Source: Camelus ferus | Taxonomy: Eukaryota | Assembly: GCF_009834535.1 (NCBI RefSeq) | Contig: NC_045696.1 | Coordinates: 10,542,001-10,606,000, forward strand | Direction: 5' to 3' | DNA: 64,000 nucleotides | Shown here: positions 12,745 through 24,500 of the stretch, piece after piece | How positions within the stretch are numbered: the first letter of the stretch is position 1 | How the letters are laid out: every line of letters starts with the position of its first letter | The notes under the pieces: model-generated | The model's input: the letters and a program-made list of their open reading frames with translations, nothing else | Told to the model about the DNA's origin: nothing | The model's database searches: none | Program-made: the position numbers and the translations under genes

Positions 12745-13147
12745 TGTGATGGGTAAGGTACCCAGGCCATGGTAGGCCATGGTACCCAGTCTTCATTAAA
12801 TCTTGGTCTGGATATTGTTGTTAAGGTACATTTTAGTTGTGATGAATATTTAAATCCAGTAGACTTTGAGTAAAGCAGATCACCCTCTATAAATTGGGGG
12901 TGGGTCCGATCCAGTTATTTGAAAGCCTTAAGAGAAAAGACTGCAGTTCCTTGAGGAGGAAGGCATTCTGCCTTCAGAATGCTTTCAGACTCAAGCTGCA
13001 ACATCAGCTCTTCCCTAGACCTCCATCCTGCCAGCCTCCACAATTGCCTGAACTAGTTCATTAAATTCTCTCTCTTTCTCCCTCTGTATATACGGACACG
13101 TGCATATACCTTTGGTTCTCTTTCTCTGGAGAATGTTGACTAATACA
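12745..13147 (+). mobile_element. ERVL solo LTR (MLT2-like)
   Basis: Contains 'agtagactttgagtaaagcagatcaccctc' and ends 'ggttctctttctctggagaatgttgactaataca'; TG...CA termini. Confidence 0.8.
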
Positions 13148-14598
13148 GTGTACATCAAGGAAGTAGGAGATGTTGGGGGGTGGAGGAAATGACGATCTCA
13201 GTTTGGGGGCACAGAGAGTTGGATGTACAGGATCACTGAAGAAGTTTCCAGGAAGGAGTTGGTTCTGTGCACCCAGAGTGAAGAAGATTTCAGCTGCAAG
13301 GAAGGATTTGGAGACCAGCAGTATACAAATGGCAACCGATTGTGTAAGCACAGGTGAGCTACTCCAGACAGAATAGGGATCAGGGCCCGGGCATGTGAGG
13401 ACAGAGCCACAAGCCACCTCAACTTGTAGGGAACACTGGAGGAAGTTGAGCCTGCAGATCAGACAGAAAAGGTAAGTCAGGGAGATGATAGAAAAACCAG
13501 GGTGCCGTTAGAGCTGCCAGAGGAAAAGGATGCACGGAGGAAGCTGTCAATAGAATCAAAGGGCACCAAAATGTCAAGAGAGTTCTGTGCTGAGCAGTCC
13601 CCTGTGACCTGGTGGAACACACGTGGTGCCCAGTGGGGAGGATGAAAGCTAGGTGAGAATGTAGGGGGCTTGTTTATAAGAAGCTTTGCAGGGAAAGTGT
13701 GGGAGGGACCTAGTGTTGCAGCTGTGAGGTGTGGGGAGCTGAGAGGTCCTGCTTCATTCTTACCTTTTTTCCCCCCAATGGCAGAGCCCAGAGTGTGTTT
13801 AAAGGCTGGTGCAAAGGAGCCAGTGGCCCTGGGGAGGTGCAGGCAACAGAAAACCAGGGATAAGACAGAGCCTGAGGTCTGAGCAGGTGGACGTGATAGC
13901 CAGTCTCCCCAGTTACGTTCAGACCAGGCTCCTCCAAGGACAAAATAGTATCTTCTGCTTACGTTTTGGAAGTTTTCCAGGGTGACGAGTTTACCCTGAG
14001 AAAAATCTGTCACTGCCTCTTTGATACTGTCCGAATTTCCCCTGCCCTAGAAGGAACACACTTTTTAATTCCGTAATATATTCTTCCATTTAACATTTGT
14101 AACATGTTCTTTCATTTGACAAGTATTTTTTCTTTTCTTCACTTTAAATTAGATCTAATTTTAAATCATTTAATTAGACTTCCTTTTAAATCAGGTGCAC
14201 AGAATAGGAATAATCAGTCATAATCCTTAGTTCATGATGTTTTCTCATCATTGATCCCTACTTGTCCAGCTTCAAATTAATTCATTCTTTTATTTTGTTT
14301 TTAGTGTTTATTTATTTTTCCAGTTTTATTGAGATATAATTGACATACAGTACTGCATAAGTTAGTTATTTAAAACAATATAATAACATATATGAACCCA
14401 CTTATCCTCTCCCCTCCCACACCTAGACCCCTAACAATAACCTACATCTAACTCTTCAGCATCCTAGCCTTCTGCCTCCTGCCTCCCCCACCCCCTCACC
14501 ACCTCACCAGGGCATCCAGAATCCAGTCTACCATCTCCTTACTTTCTCTTGTTATATCACTTTGTTGCATCTGTACATATCCCTTAAAAGTACTTTTA

Positions 14599-14750
14599 TT
14601 TAAAAAAAAATCTTTTTAGTTTTTTTGCAGGGGGGGAGGGTAATTAGATTTATTTATTTAATTTATTTTTAGAGTAGGTACTGGGGATTGAACCTAGGAC
14701 CTTGTGCATGCTAAGCATGTGCTCTACCGCTTGAGCTATGCCCTCCTCCT
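14599..14750 (-). mobile_element. vic-1-like tRNA-derived SINE
   Basis: Reverse of 'gggcatagctcaagcggtagagcacatgcttagcatgcacaaggtcctaggttcaatccccagtacc' (A and B boxes). Perfect 16-bp TSD cttaaaagtactttta at 14583-14598 and 14751-14766. Confidence 0.9.
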
Positions 14751-14913
14751 CTTAAAAGTACTTTTAAAATTTTAGTCATTTTTAATTAGAGTCTTTTGGG
14801 GCTATGTATTTTTCATATAGTATTAAATTTCTAAGGCTCATCCACATTGTTGCAGGTGGCTATAATTCATTCCATTTGAGTGCTATATAATATTCTTTGT
14901 GTGAATAGAGCAT

Positions 14914-15485
14914 TGTGGAAGCAGAATTCTAAGAGGGCTGCCAAGACTCCTACATCCTGGTGTACCCACACATTATTCAATCCAACACTACTCTAGGTGC
15001 TGCTGTAATAGGATTTTGCAGATGTAATTAGGGTCCCAAATCAGACCTTAAGAAAGGGCACTTTCCCCAATCACACGAGCCCTTTAAATCTGGGTCTGGA
15101 GTCAGAGATTGAAAGCTACAGGGAAGTTCCTCTGCTAGCCTTGCAGAAGGAAACTGTCCTGTTGTGGAGATGGCCATGTGGCAGGTGGCCTCTAGAAGCT
15201 AAGAATGGTCCCTGCTAACAGCCAGCAAGAAAGTGGAGACTCCGTCCTACAACCACTGGGAACTGAATTCTACCAATATTCAGTGAGCTTGGAAGTGGAC
15301 CCCAGCCTCGAATGAGATGACTGCCCTGTCTGACACCTTGATCCAGCTTGGTGAGACCCTGAGCAGAGAACCCAGCCATGGTGTGCCTAGACTTCTAATC
15401 TATAGAACTTTGATATTAAAAAATGGGTATTGTTTTAAGCTACTGTTTGTGGTAATTTGTCATGTAGCAGGAGAAGATGAACACA
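14914..15485 (+). mobile_element. MaLR solo LTR (MLT1E-like) inserted in an old antisense L1
   Basis: 'tgtggaagcagaattctaag'...'gtaatttgtcatgtagcaggagaagatgaacaca', with TSD agcat/accat. Confidence 0.8.
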
Positions 15486-16493
15486 ACCATAATCTATTTT
15501 CCCATTTTTCCTTGAGGAGTATTTGGGTTGTTTTCAGGTTTTTGTTATTGAGAGCAGTCCTGCTATAAACATTCTTGTATATTTTGCTGGTTTCACAGGT
15601 GCAAGAGCTTCAAGTATGTTTCTAAGAATGAAACTGTTGAGTCAGAATGTATGGGAATTTTTAACTTTAGGAGGACATGCCAAGCTTTTCCCCAATGTTC
15701 TTACATAAGTTTACACCCTCACCAGCAAATATGCAATTATTTTCATTTATATTAGTTTCTGTCTCAGTTACATATGGTCAGAAGATCTGGTTTGTATGGT
15801 ATCTAACTTTGAAATTTGCTTAGGTTTTCTCTATAGCCTAGTATGTGGTCAATTTTTGTAAATGTTTCATGTGTGCTTGGAAAAAAATGTATTCTTTAAG
15901 TTTTGGGTGTATAACTCTATATTTTTAGATGATGTTCAAATCTGTTATATTCTTGCTGATTTTTTTGTTTACTTGACCCATCATTGATTGAGAATGATGT
16001 GTTGAAATCTGCCACTGTGAAGGTGGATGTGATCAATTTCTCCCTATATTTATATCAATTTTTGCTTCATATGTTCTTGGGGAATCAAATCTTATATCAT
16101 TTTTAGAGACCCTCTTCATCCTTTATAATACTCTCTGATTTATTTCATATTGCATTAATGACAATACATCCTGATTTGCCTAAGATGATCTTGGTTTATT
16201 TTTCTAAATAATTCTCAAAGGTATGCTGTTTTAAACACTAGATTATATATAGTTACCCTAATTTTAGATGGTATTAATATTGCTACACGAGCTACTATTT
16301 GCCTGCTACACTTTTTCCATGCTTTTATTTTCAACCTTTGTGTGCTCGTATGTTGTATGTGTAACTCATATAAGACACTACATATCTAGATTTTTTTCCC
16401 ACTCACCTTTCAATCTATATCTTTTGGTGCATTTAGTTCGTTTACATTTATTATAGTTATTAATATATTTGAACCTATTTGTGCTGTCTTAAT

Positions 16494-16645
16494 TAGGGCT
16501 GAGACTAATGTGAGGCAAATATGGTTCCCAGGCACAGAATTCAAGGAGGCATTCACTTCTGGGGTCATGCAACTTCAAAGTCAGCACCTGACAATGAGTG
16601 CTTCCTTAAATTTTATGCCCTGGGAACCACCATAGTCCCAGCTTG
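16494..16645. mobile_element. hAT MITE (MER96-like)
   Basis: Quasi-palindromic: 'agggctgagacta...aattcaaggaggcattcact...atgagtgcttccttaaatt...tagtcccagct'. Confidence 0.6.
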
Positions 16646-16794
16646 GCTTTTAATTTATTACTTAGTTTGTCCCTCCTTTGCAATGTCTTTAAAAAGTAAA
16701 ATTTGTTTCCCCCATCAGATAAGACAAATACTTAGCACACTGTCATAGTCCATGGTGGCCTCCATTCCCAACACCATGGTATTAATGTTTTCTA

Positions 16795-17905
16795 GAGCAG
16801 CACTGCCCAGTACAAGAGCCACTGGCTACATGTGTCCACTGAGCTCTTGAAATGTGGTTAGTTCAAACTGAGATGTGCTCTAAATGTGAAACACACACTG
16901 GATTTTGAAGAGTTAGTATGTGGAAAAAATATGTAGAAGGTCTCATTAACAGTTTTTTTATTGATTATTTGTTGAAATGATATTATTTTGGATATGTTGG
17001 GTTAAATAAAATATAATTAAAATTAATTTCACCCGTTTTAAAAATTTAAATGTAGCTTTAGTTTATTTTTATTTATATATTTATTTAATGTATATATGTT
17101 CCTTTTCATATTCTTTTTCATTATAAGTTATTACAAGATATAGAATCTAGTTCCCTGTGCTATACAGTAGGACCTTGCCATTTATCTATTTTCTATATAG
17201 TAGTTAGTATCTGCAAATCCCAAACTCCCAATTAGGTTCTTTTTTTTTTTTATTGAAGTGTAGTTGATTTACAATGATAGTTTTTTTTTTAATTGAAGTA
17301 CAGTCAGTTACAATGTGTCAATTTCTTGTGTACAGCACAATGTTCGTCATGCACATACGTGTATATATTCATTTTCATATTCTTTTTCATTAAAGGTTAT
17401 TAGAAGATATTGAATACAGTTCCCTGTGCTATACAGAAGACACTTGTTTTTTAATCTGTTTTTATATATAGTAGCTAACATTTGCAAATCTCAAACTCCC
17501 AAATTTATCCCTTCCCACCCCATTTTCCCAGTAACTATAAGATTGTTTGCTATGTCTGTGAATCTGTTTCTGTTATGTAGATGAGTTCATAATGTCCTTT
17601 CTTCTTCTTCTTTTTTTTAAGATTCCATATGAGTGATATCATATAGTATTTTTCTTTCTCTTTCTGGCTTACTTCACTTAGAATGATGATGTCTAGGTCC
17701 AACCACCTTGCTGCAAATGACATTATTTTATTCTTTTTTATGGCTGACTAGTATTCCATTGTATAAATATACCACAGCTTCTTTATCCAGTCATCTGGCT
17801 ATGGACATTTAGGTTGTTTCTATGTCTTGTTATTGTATATAGTGCTGCTTTAGTTTAAAATGACATACGTGGCTTACATGATATTTCTAATGGACAAGTG
17901 CTAAT
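16795..17905. mobile_element. hAT-Charlie MITE (MER33-like) split by an L1 insertion
   Basis: 'gccactggctacatgtg...ttgaaatgtggttagttcaaactgagatgtgct' resumes at 17858 as 'aaatgacatacgtggcttacat...atttctaatggacaagtgct'. Confidence 0.75.
17066..17846 (-). mobile_element. Lineage-specific L1 3' ends (compound), antisense
   Basis: Poly-T tracts and two copies of 'agttccctgtgctatacag', bounded by an 11-bp TSD gctttagttta (17055-17065 / 17847-17857). Confidence 0.85.
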
Positions 17906-19374
17906 CTAGACTTTAATTCTGGGTAATTATAAACATTTTTTTTGTTCTTTGGTCTTAGTATTTTTTTTAAAAGACAGTAATTAATTTTTCTAAGGTATTT
18001 TGTTACTTTAATTTCCATGTTTCTTGCAGCCACTCCTTGATTTGTTTCTCTGTTTATTCAAGTTTTCAGATCTTGTATAACTGAAAATATTTATTTCATG
18101 CCCTGATATCTCATGCCAGTTTGGCTGGTTATATATTTCTTGGTTCTAAGGTCATTTTCTTCTGTATTTTTTCTGTATTTTAACAAAAGCATGCTCCATT
18201 GTTTTCATGCATCTGCTGTTGCTGTTAGGGAATCTGATGTCTATCTGATTTTTGTTCCTTTGCATGAAGTGCTTTTTTTCTTAAGAAATTTTCAGAATTT
18301 TCTTTGTCTTTGATAATCCTACACTTTATTATAGATTTCTATGTGTGATTCCTGCCCCATTATTTTTCCTCCTTATCATTCTACAGGCCCTTTCATTCAG
18401 GTCTGTCTTTCTTTTCTTTCTTTCTTTCAATTCTAGGAAATCTAGCTCCATTATTTCTTCAGCTATTTCCTCCTCATTTTATCCCTCTGTCTTTCTGAGT
18501 CTCATTATCTGGTTGTTAGCACTTATACATAAATCACCCACATTTCTCTGCTTTTCTTTAATATTTCCTAATTTTTTGTCCTTCCTTTAAAGGTTTTCTT
18601 CAATCTGGAATTCCAATTCACTAATTTGTTCTTGAGTTGTATCCATTCTACTACTTGTCCCATCAATGTGTTCTTTACTTCAACTATTTTTATTTTTTAC
18701 TTCTTACGCTTGGTTCCTTTTCTAGATTTCTTTATTATTGTTTCATTTCCCCTTATTTCTTATTTCTCTTTTATTTAAATTAGAGTATAATTGACATACA
18801 GCATTATATCAGCTTTATTACATTAGGTGTACAACATAATGATTCAACTTCTTTTTATTAAAAAAATTTTTGGCAGTTAAAAATTTATTGAGGTGTAGTT
18901 GATTTACAATGTTAGTTTCAGTGATTCAGCATCCGTATACATGATCATCACAATCAGTCTAGTTACCACCTGTCACCATACAGGGTTGCGAAATTTTTTT
19001 TTCTTGTGATAAGAACTCTTTTTTTAACAGCTTTCAAATTTGCAATACTAGATTACTGTCTACAGTTACCATGCTGCACATTGTATTCCTACGACTTACT
19101 TATTTTATAACCGGAAGTTTGTACCTCTTGATCCCTTTCATCTATTGCCCACCCCTGAACACCCCTCCCCTCTGGCAACCACATAGCCTGTGTTTATGAG
19201 TTTTGTTTGTTTATCTGGTTTTTTCTTTAGATTTCACATATAAGTGAAACCATATGGTATTTGTCTTTCTGTCTGACTTATTTCACTTAGCATAACAACT
19301 TCAATGTCCATTCTTGTTGTCTCATATAGCAAGATTTCATTCTTTTTTTTACAGCTGAGTGGTATTTCATTATA

Positions 19375-19637
19375 CAGTTGATCCTTGAGCGACATAGGTT
19401 AGAAATGCATGGGTCACTTATTTGCAGGGTTTTTTTTTTAATAGTAAGTACTATAGGACTATGTGATCCATGGTTGGTTGAATTGGTGGATATGGAATTG
19501 CAGATATGGAGGAACCACAGATATAAAGGAACCACGAGCATGGAGGGACTGAGGATACAGACGGCTGGCTATAAGTTTTACGTAGATTTTCAACTTCACA
19601 GAGTATGGGTACCTCCATGTAGTTCAAAGTTCAACTG
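19375..19637 (+). mobile_element. Tigger2-derived MITE (Tigger2a/MER8-like)
   Basis: Terminal inverted repeats CAGTTGATCCTTGA...TCAAAGTTCAACTG with a TA target duplication on both sides. Confidence 0.85.
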
Positions 19638-19639
19638 TA

Positions 19640-19877
19640 TGCATATAAACCACATCTTCTTTATCCACTCACTCATTGATGGACATTTAGGTTGTTTCCA
19701 TATCTTGGCTACTATAAATAATGTTGCAATGAACATAGGAGTACACATATCTTTTTGAATTAGTGTTTTCCTTTTCTTTGGATAAATACCCAGGAGTGGA
19801 ATTGCTGGATCATACAGTAGCTCTATTTTCAATTTTTTGAGGAACCTCCGTAATGTTCTCCATAGTGACTGCACCAT
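19640..19877 (-). pseudogene. Remnant of L1 ORF2p C-terminus
   Basis: The translation LKKLKIELLYDPAIPLLGIYPK...CTPMFIATLFIVAKIWKQPKCPS..EWIKKMW is the conserved LINE-1 ORF2p C-terminal region. The Tigger MITE interrupts it. Confidence 0.9.
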
Positions 19878-21582
19878 TTATATCCCCACCAACAGTGTAC
19901 AAAGTTTCACTTTGCTCTTAATCCTCACTAACACTTGTTTGGATGAGTTCCACTGCCCTGTCTTCAGCTCACCAGTACTTTCTTTGCTTCATCTAGTCTG
20001 CAGTTGAATGCCTCTGGTGTATTTTTCAGTCCAGTTATTGTATTCTTCAGCTCTGTGGCTTTTGCCTAACCCACAAAAACAAAATTACACTTCAGTTTAA
20101 ATAAATAAATAAGAAATAAGGGGAAATAAAACAACAATAAAGAAACCTAGAAAAGGAAACAAGCATAAGAAGTGAAAAATATAAATAGTTGAATTAAAGA
20201 ACACATGCTCTCCATGGAGTACCCACACTCTGTGAAGTTTGAAAATCTGTGTATAGCTTATAGTCAGCCCTCCACATCCTTGGTCTCTGAATACTCATGG
20301 TTCCTTTATGTCTGTGGTTCCTCCACAGAATGTGGTTTCTGTTTGGCCCTCCATGTCCGAAATTCCACATCCACCGATTCAAGCAACTGTGGATCATGCA
20401 GTCCTGTAGTACTTACCTTCTTATATTTTCTATCCTTTGTTGAAGTTCTCATTGCATTTATCCATTCTTCCCTTGAGTTCCATGAACATTTTTACAACCA
20501 TTACTGTGAACTTTTTACCAGGTAAACCTCTGTTTCATTAAAGATTTTTCTGGGGTTTTACCTTGTTCTTTCATTTGGAACATATTCCTCGATCTCCTCT
20601 TTTTGCTTGACTCTCTGTTTGTTTTTATGTATTATGCAAAACAGCTGTTTCTCCCAGTCTTGAACAGGTGGCTTTGCGTAGGAGATGAAACTTAATTGTT
20701 TAATGTTGCCCTAGGTCTTGGTGAACCTTTGTGATTGCCTAAGCAGTCTAACTTATTCTTGCTCTGTCCAGTTACTGAGGGTGTGCCAAGACCTGTGGGT
20801 GTTCCAGAGGGAACGATTTCAGTCTGCAGCGAGTTTCAGGCTGATTAGAAGCTAAACCCTTAGGCAGCAGGTTTTAAGATTTGCAAGTATATACCACCTT
20901 ATGAGATTGCGATCATAATGCTGCTGGCCTGCAGACCAGATGACCTGGAAATGTTCCCTGGGCAACAGTGGCAAAAACTTGGGTTCCAGTTGAGTATGTG
21001 AGCTCCTTTCTGGAAGGTTCTGATGAGCTGTGGCGCGGCCAAGGGAGAGCTCGGAAACAGTGTCCCCGGCTCACATTCCCTGAGACCACTTCTATAACCT
21101 CTTGATGTGTGCTTGTCAGGCTCACACTCCAGGACCAGTATTTAAGCCTTTTTTCACAGGGAGACTAGGGGTGTGTGGTCCAGTCTTCTGTTGGTGCAGT
21201 TTCCTGGAGCAAGTAGCCTGCCCGGAACTGCCCTTCTGATTGTTTCAGACCAGTGGGGCTGAGAAACACAATCTCCCCTGACCGCCGGGGCCAGGCACTC
21301 AAAGGGCGTCTCCTGTGTGGGCTGTGAGTGCCCTCCTGGCTTTGGTGGGGCCATGGGAGTGCCTCTGTCCCTAGAGAGAGTCCCCACAGGCTTCTGCCCC
21401 TCCAGGAGATGCTCTAAGGTGAGCAAATGAGTCTCTTTCTCATACAGTCTCCCTGCTTTTCAAACTGTGGCTCTTGTGCTAGGTCCCAGGGCAAGTGAGT
21501 CATCCCGCGAGCCCTTTAAGAGTGGAATCTCCATTTACCACAGCCCTATGGTTCTCCTGGACATAAGCCCCATTGGTTTTCT

Positions 21583-21716
21583 CTTTCTTTTTTAATTTTT
21601 TTGGGGGGAGGGGGTTTGGTTTGTGTGTTTATTTTTAGAGGCAGTTCTGGGGATTGAAACCAGACCCTGTGCATGCTAAGCATACACTCTACCACTTGAT
21701 CTATACCCTCTTCCCG
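21583..21716 (-). mobile_element. vic-1-like SINE inside the L1 5' UTR
   Basis: 'ctggggattgaaaccagaccctgtgcatgctaagcatacactctaccacttgatctataccctc', flanked by ggttttc on both sides. Confidence 0.85.
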
Positions 21717-23409
21717 CGGGTTTTCAAAACCAGACATTTGGGGGCTTGTGTCTCCAGTTCAGGTCCCAAGGGTTGGGGCGCCTGATGTGGGCACAGACCC
21801 CTCACCCCTCAGGGAGAAGCTCTGTGTCTTTGAGATGCCTCCTGATTGTGGGTCTGCGCCAGGCGTGGGGTTTGGGGGGAGGCTGCATCTCTGCCTCTCC
21901 TGTCTTGATGTGGCTATTTCAACCTTTGCTGTGAAGGAGGTGAGATGTTCAGCTGTTCAGGTCTTCTTCAGTGGGAACTGATTCATAGTTAGCTGTCGAT
22001 TTGTTGTGTCTGTGGGGTGAGGTGAGTTTGGGATCTTCTTACAGCTGCATGTTGAACTCTCCCCCAGCCACTTCTTAATAATTTATTAGACTCATTTTAA
22101 CTTCTTGGACTTTAACAGCATTTCTCTTTCTGATGGAATCTGTAATCCAGCACTTGTTTCTTTGTTTTGGAAATGGTTATGCTTCTCAAATATCTTTTGC
22201 TTTTTTGACCTGTGAGCTCATTTTCCATGGTGGGGGCTGGGGAGACTGGTGTCTCTGTTGGGCAATACCTATTGAAGAAACCTGGACTCTGGTCCACACT
22301 TGCCCCAGGGAGATGGGCGGGGACAGATCCATCCCAGACACCCACAACACCTTCAGTCCCTCCACACTCAGCAAAACAAACTCCTCAGGTCAGTTTTCCA
22401 TCCTTTGCCCCAGGGAGACACAATTTAGGAGATGTTCTTTGGACTGTGGTTCCTTTGGTCTGGAGGTTTGGAGATGTCAGAGAAGGGAGTCAACTGCCTG
22501 GGGTTTGTTTTCCCCTATTTTTCTCAGTTTCTCACAAGCACAGGACTTCTGAGATGGCTGGATTTTTCTCCTGGGACATCTGGACTACAGATCTGAGTCA
22601 CCAGTGGTGTAGGTCAAGCACCGTTTGCCCCTGGTGTTGGTGGGTGAGGAGCAAACACAGAGCCCACAGTTCCTTTCCTGTTTTATTCTTTCCACAGCCA
22701 GTCCACCGAGTCCTGTTTCTAGCCAAAGCCTCCATCCTTTCACAACAGCCTCCCCCGCTCCAATTCCCCAGGAGTTTCTCATAATTTTATCAGTTTCCCC
22801 CCTTACAGTTCCTTCTGGATTTATCTTAGGCAAATCAGCTTGTTGCTAATTCAGCCTCTTAGTGGAAACTAGAATTGGAATCCACTTTTTGGTAGTTACT
22901 GTGTCCCACTCAGCTGGGTGCTGTGCTGGGTGCCACAGAACCCATTCCTCATCCCCAGAGACTCTTCCAGAGCAGTGAAGAAAGACATTAAATAAACAGC
23001 TACACAACCAGGTAATTCATGGCAATTGTGACCTGTTCTAGAAGGGAGACAGAGTAGGAGCCATGAAAATGGGACTTATCCTAGGGGGCTGAGGCTTCCT
23101 GGAAGAAGTGGCATTTGAATGGATACCAGGATTTTGGAGAAATGTTACCTTTAGCCACTGGAAGAGTAGGGGTCAGTGAACAAGAAAGAAGGGTTTTGCA
23201 ACATGGGATGGCTTAAAAAAAAATCCTTGATATAATTGGAGTTAATTACAGAGTAGAGATTTAGTTACATAATAATAGTGGTTAGGTGGCTTATTTAATT
23301 AAATTATCAGAAACAGTAAATATATTCCTTTGTTCTGATAAGTCTCAATAAAGTTTCTTAAGTAAACACAATTGTTATTTTGGGTAATAAAAAAATTGTA
23401 CTAGTAGCT

Positions 23410-24137
23410 ACTAAGCATAGCGTCACTGAGGAGCTGGCCGGAGGCCACTGTGGCTCAAGCTACTGAACAGGGGAGAGCGATGCTGATGCTGGAGAGGCAG
23501 GCGGGGTCCTCCTCACACGCAGTGATAAGGATCTGGGGCCAGATTCTCAGAGCAGCGGGAGGCCATCGGCGAGGTTAAGCAGGAGAGTGATAGGATCAGA
23601 GTTGCTGTTTTAGAAGATGACTCTGGCCTCCATGAGCACGAGGACTCAGGCAGGGAGATCTGTGAGGAGGCCACCAGAGGAGTCCAGGCAGTGATGATGG
23701 GGACTGACACTGAGTGTTGGCAGTAGACGTGGAGAAAAGTAGATGGGTTTTGCAGGTACTTAGGAGCTGGGCTTGGTAGGATTTGGTGACTGGATGGGGT
23801 GCAGGAGGCCAAATGGTGATGCTGAGCACTGAGGAAGGACATTCTGGAGGAGAAGCAGTCTGGTGAGATGTCTAAATGGAAGACCTGCGCTAGGGGGAGA
23901 GGTCTGGCTGGGGAGTCGTTGGCCTGCCGAGGGCACCTGAATCCAAGGGAGTGGACAAGGTGCGGTGTTTCTCACGGAGGGACCAGTCTTGTGGGTTTGG
24001 CAGTGGACAGTTCTTTGGTGACATTGCCCTCTTTTGGCCTTTCTGGCTCCCACCCATGAAATGCAGCCTCCACCCATCATTGTGACAAACCCAGACTGCC
24101 CTCACACGTCACCTAGTGCCACTTTTCTTTGAGAGCT

Positions 24138-24173
<36 letters not shown>

Positions 24174-24500
24174 AGCAGAGGAAAGGGCTTAGGGGGGAAC
24201 CTGAGCACTGAGGTTTCGCAGAGGCAGAAGAACTGGCAAAGGAAGCTGAGACGTGGCCAGAGAGGCAGGAGGAATGCCAGGAATGTGTGGTGTCAGGTGG
24301 GAGCCCAGAGAAGAGAGTGCTTTTAGAAGAAGATACAGGTCGGTTGCATTGAATGCTGCCAAGGAGCCAAGCGGAAAAGCACAATGTGTTCATTGTGCTT
24401 TACAGCCTAGAGATGGATGGGATCTTAGCAATGCTGGGTCCACGGAGTGTGGGTTGAGGGGTCTAGGCTAGGATGAAGTGGGTAAAGAAATGGGGGAATG
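23410..24500 (-). mobile_element. L2 fragments
   Basis: Purine-rich L2-like text ('gaggttaagcaggagagtgataggatcagagttgctgttttagaagatgactctggc', 'ctgagcactgagg'), with a (GA)n tract at about 24142-24170. Confidence 0.6.

Larger units (their letters stand above)
18770..22065 (-). mobile_element. L1 retaining both ends with a large internal deletion near 19940; hosts nested insertions
   Basis: 3' UTR and ORF2 end at 18770-19940, ORF1 and 5' UTR at 19940-22065. The minus strand begins 'gggggagagttcaacatgcagctgtaagaagatcccaaactcacc', typical of an L1 5' terminus. Confidence 0.75.

Noticed and set aside
19596..19877. 93-aa ORF with real protein homology
   Set aside because: It is a dead L1 ORF2p C-terminal remnant, not a host gene.
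22133..22849. Cluster of 139-190 aa ORFs
   Set aside because: Overlapping frames on both strands in degenerate repeat-like sequence, with no coding signature or exon structure.
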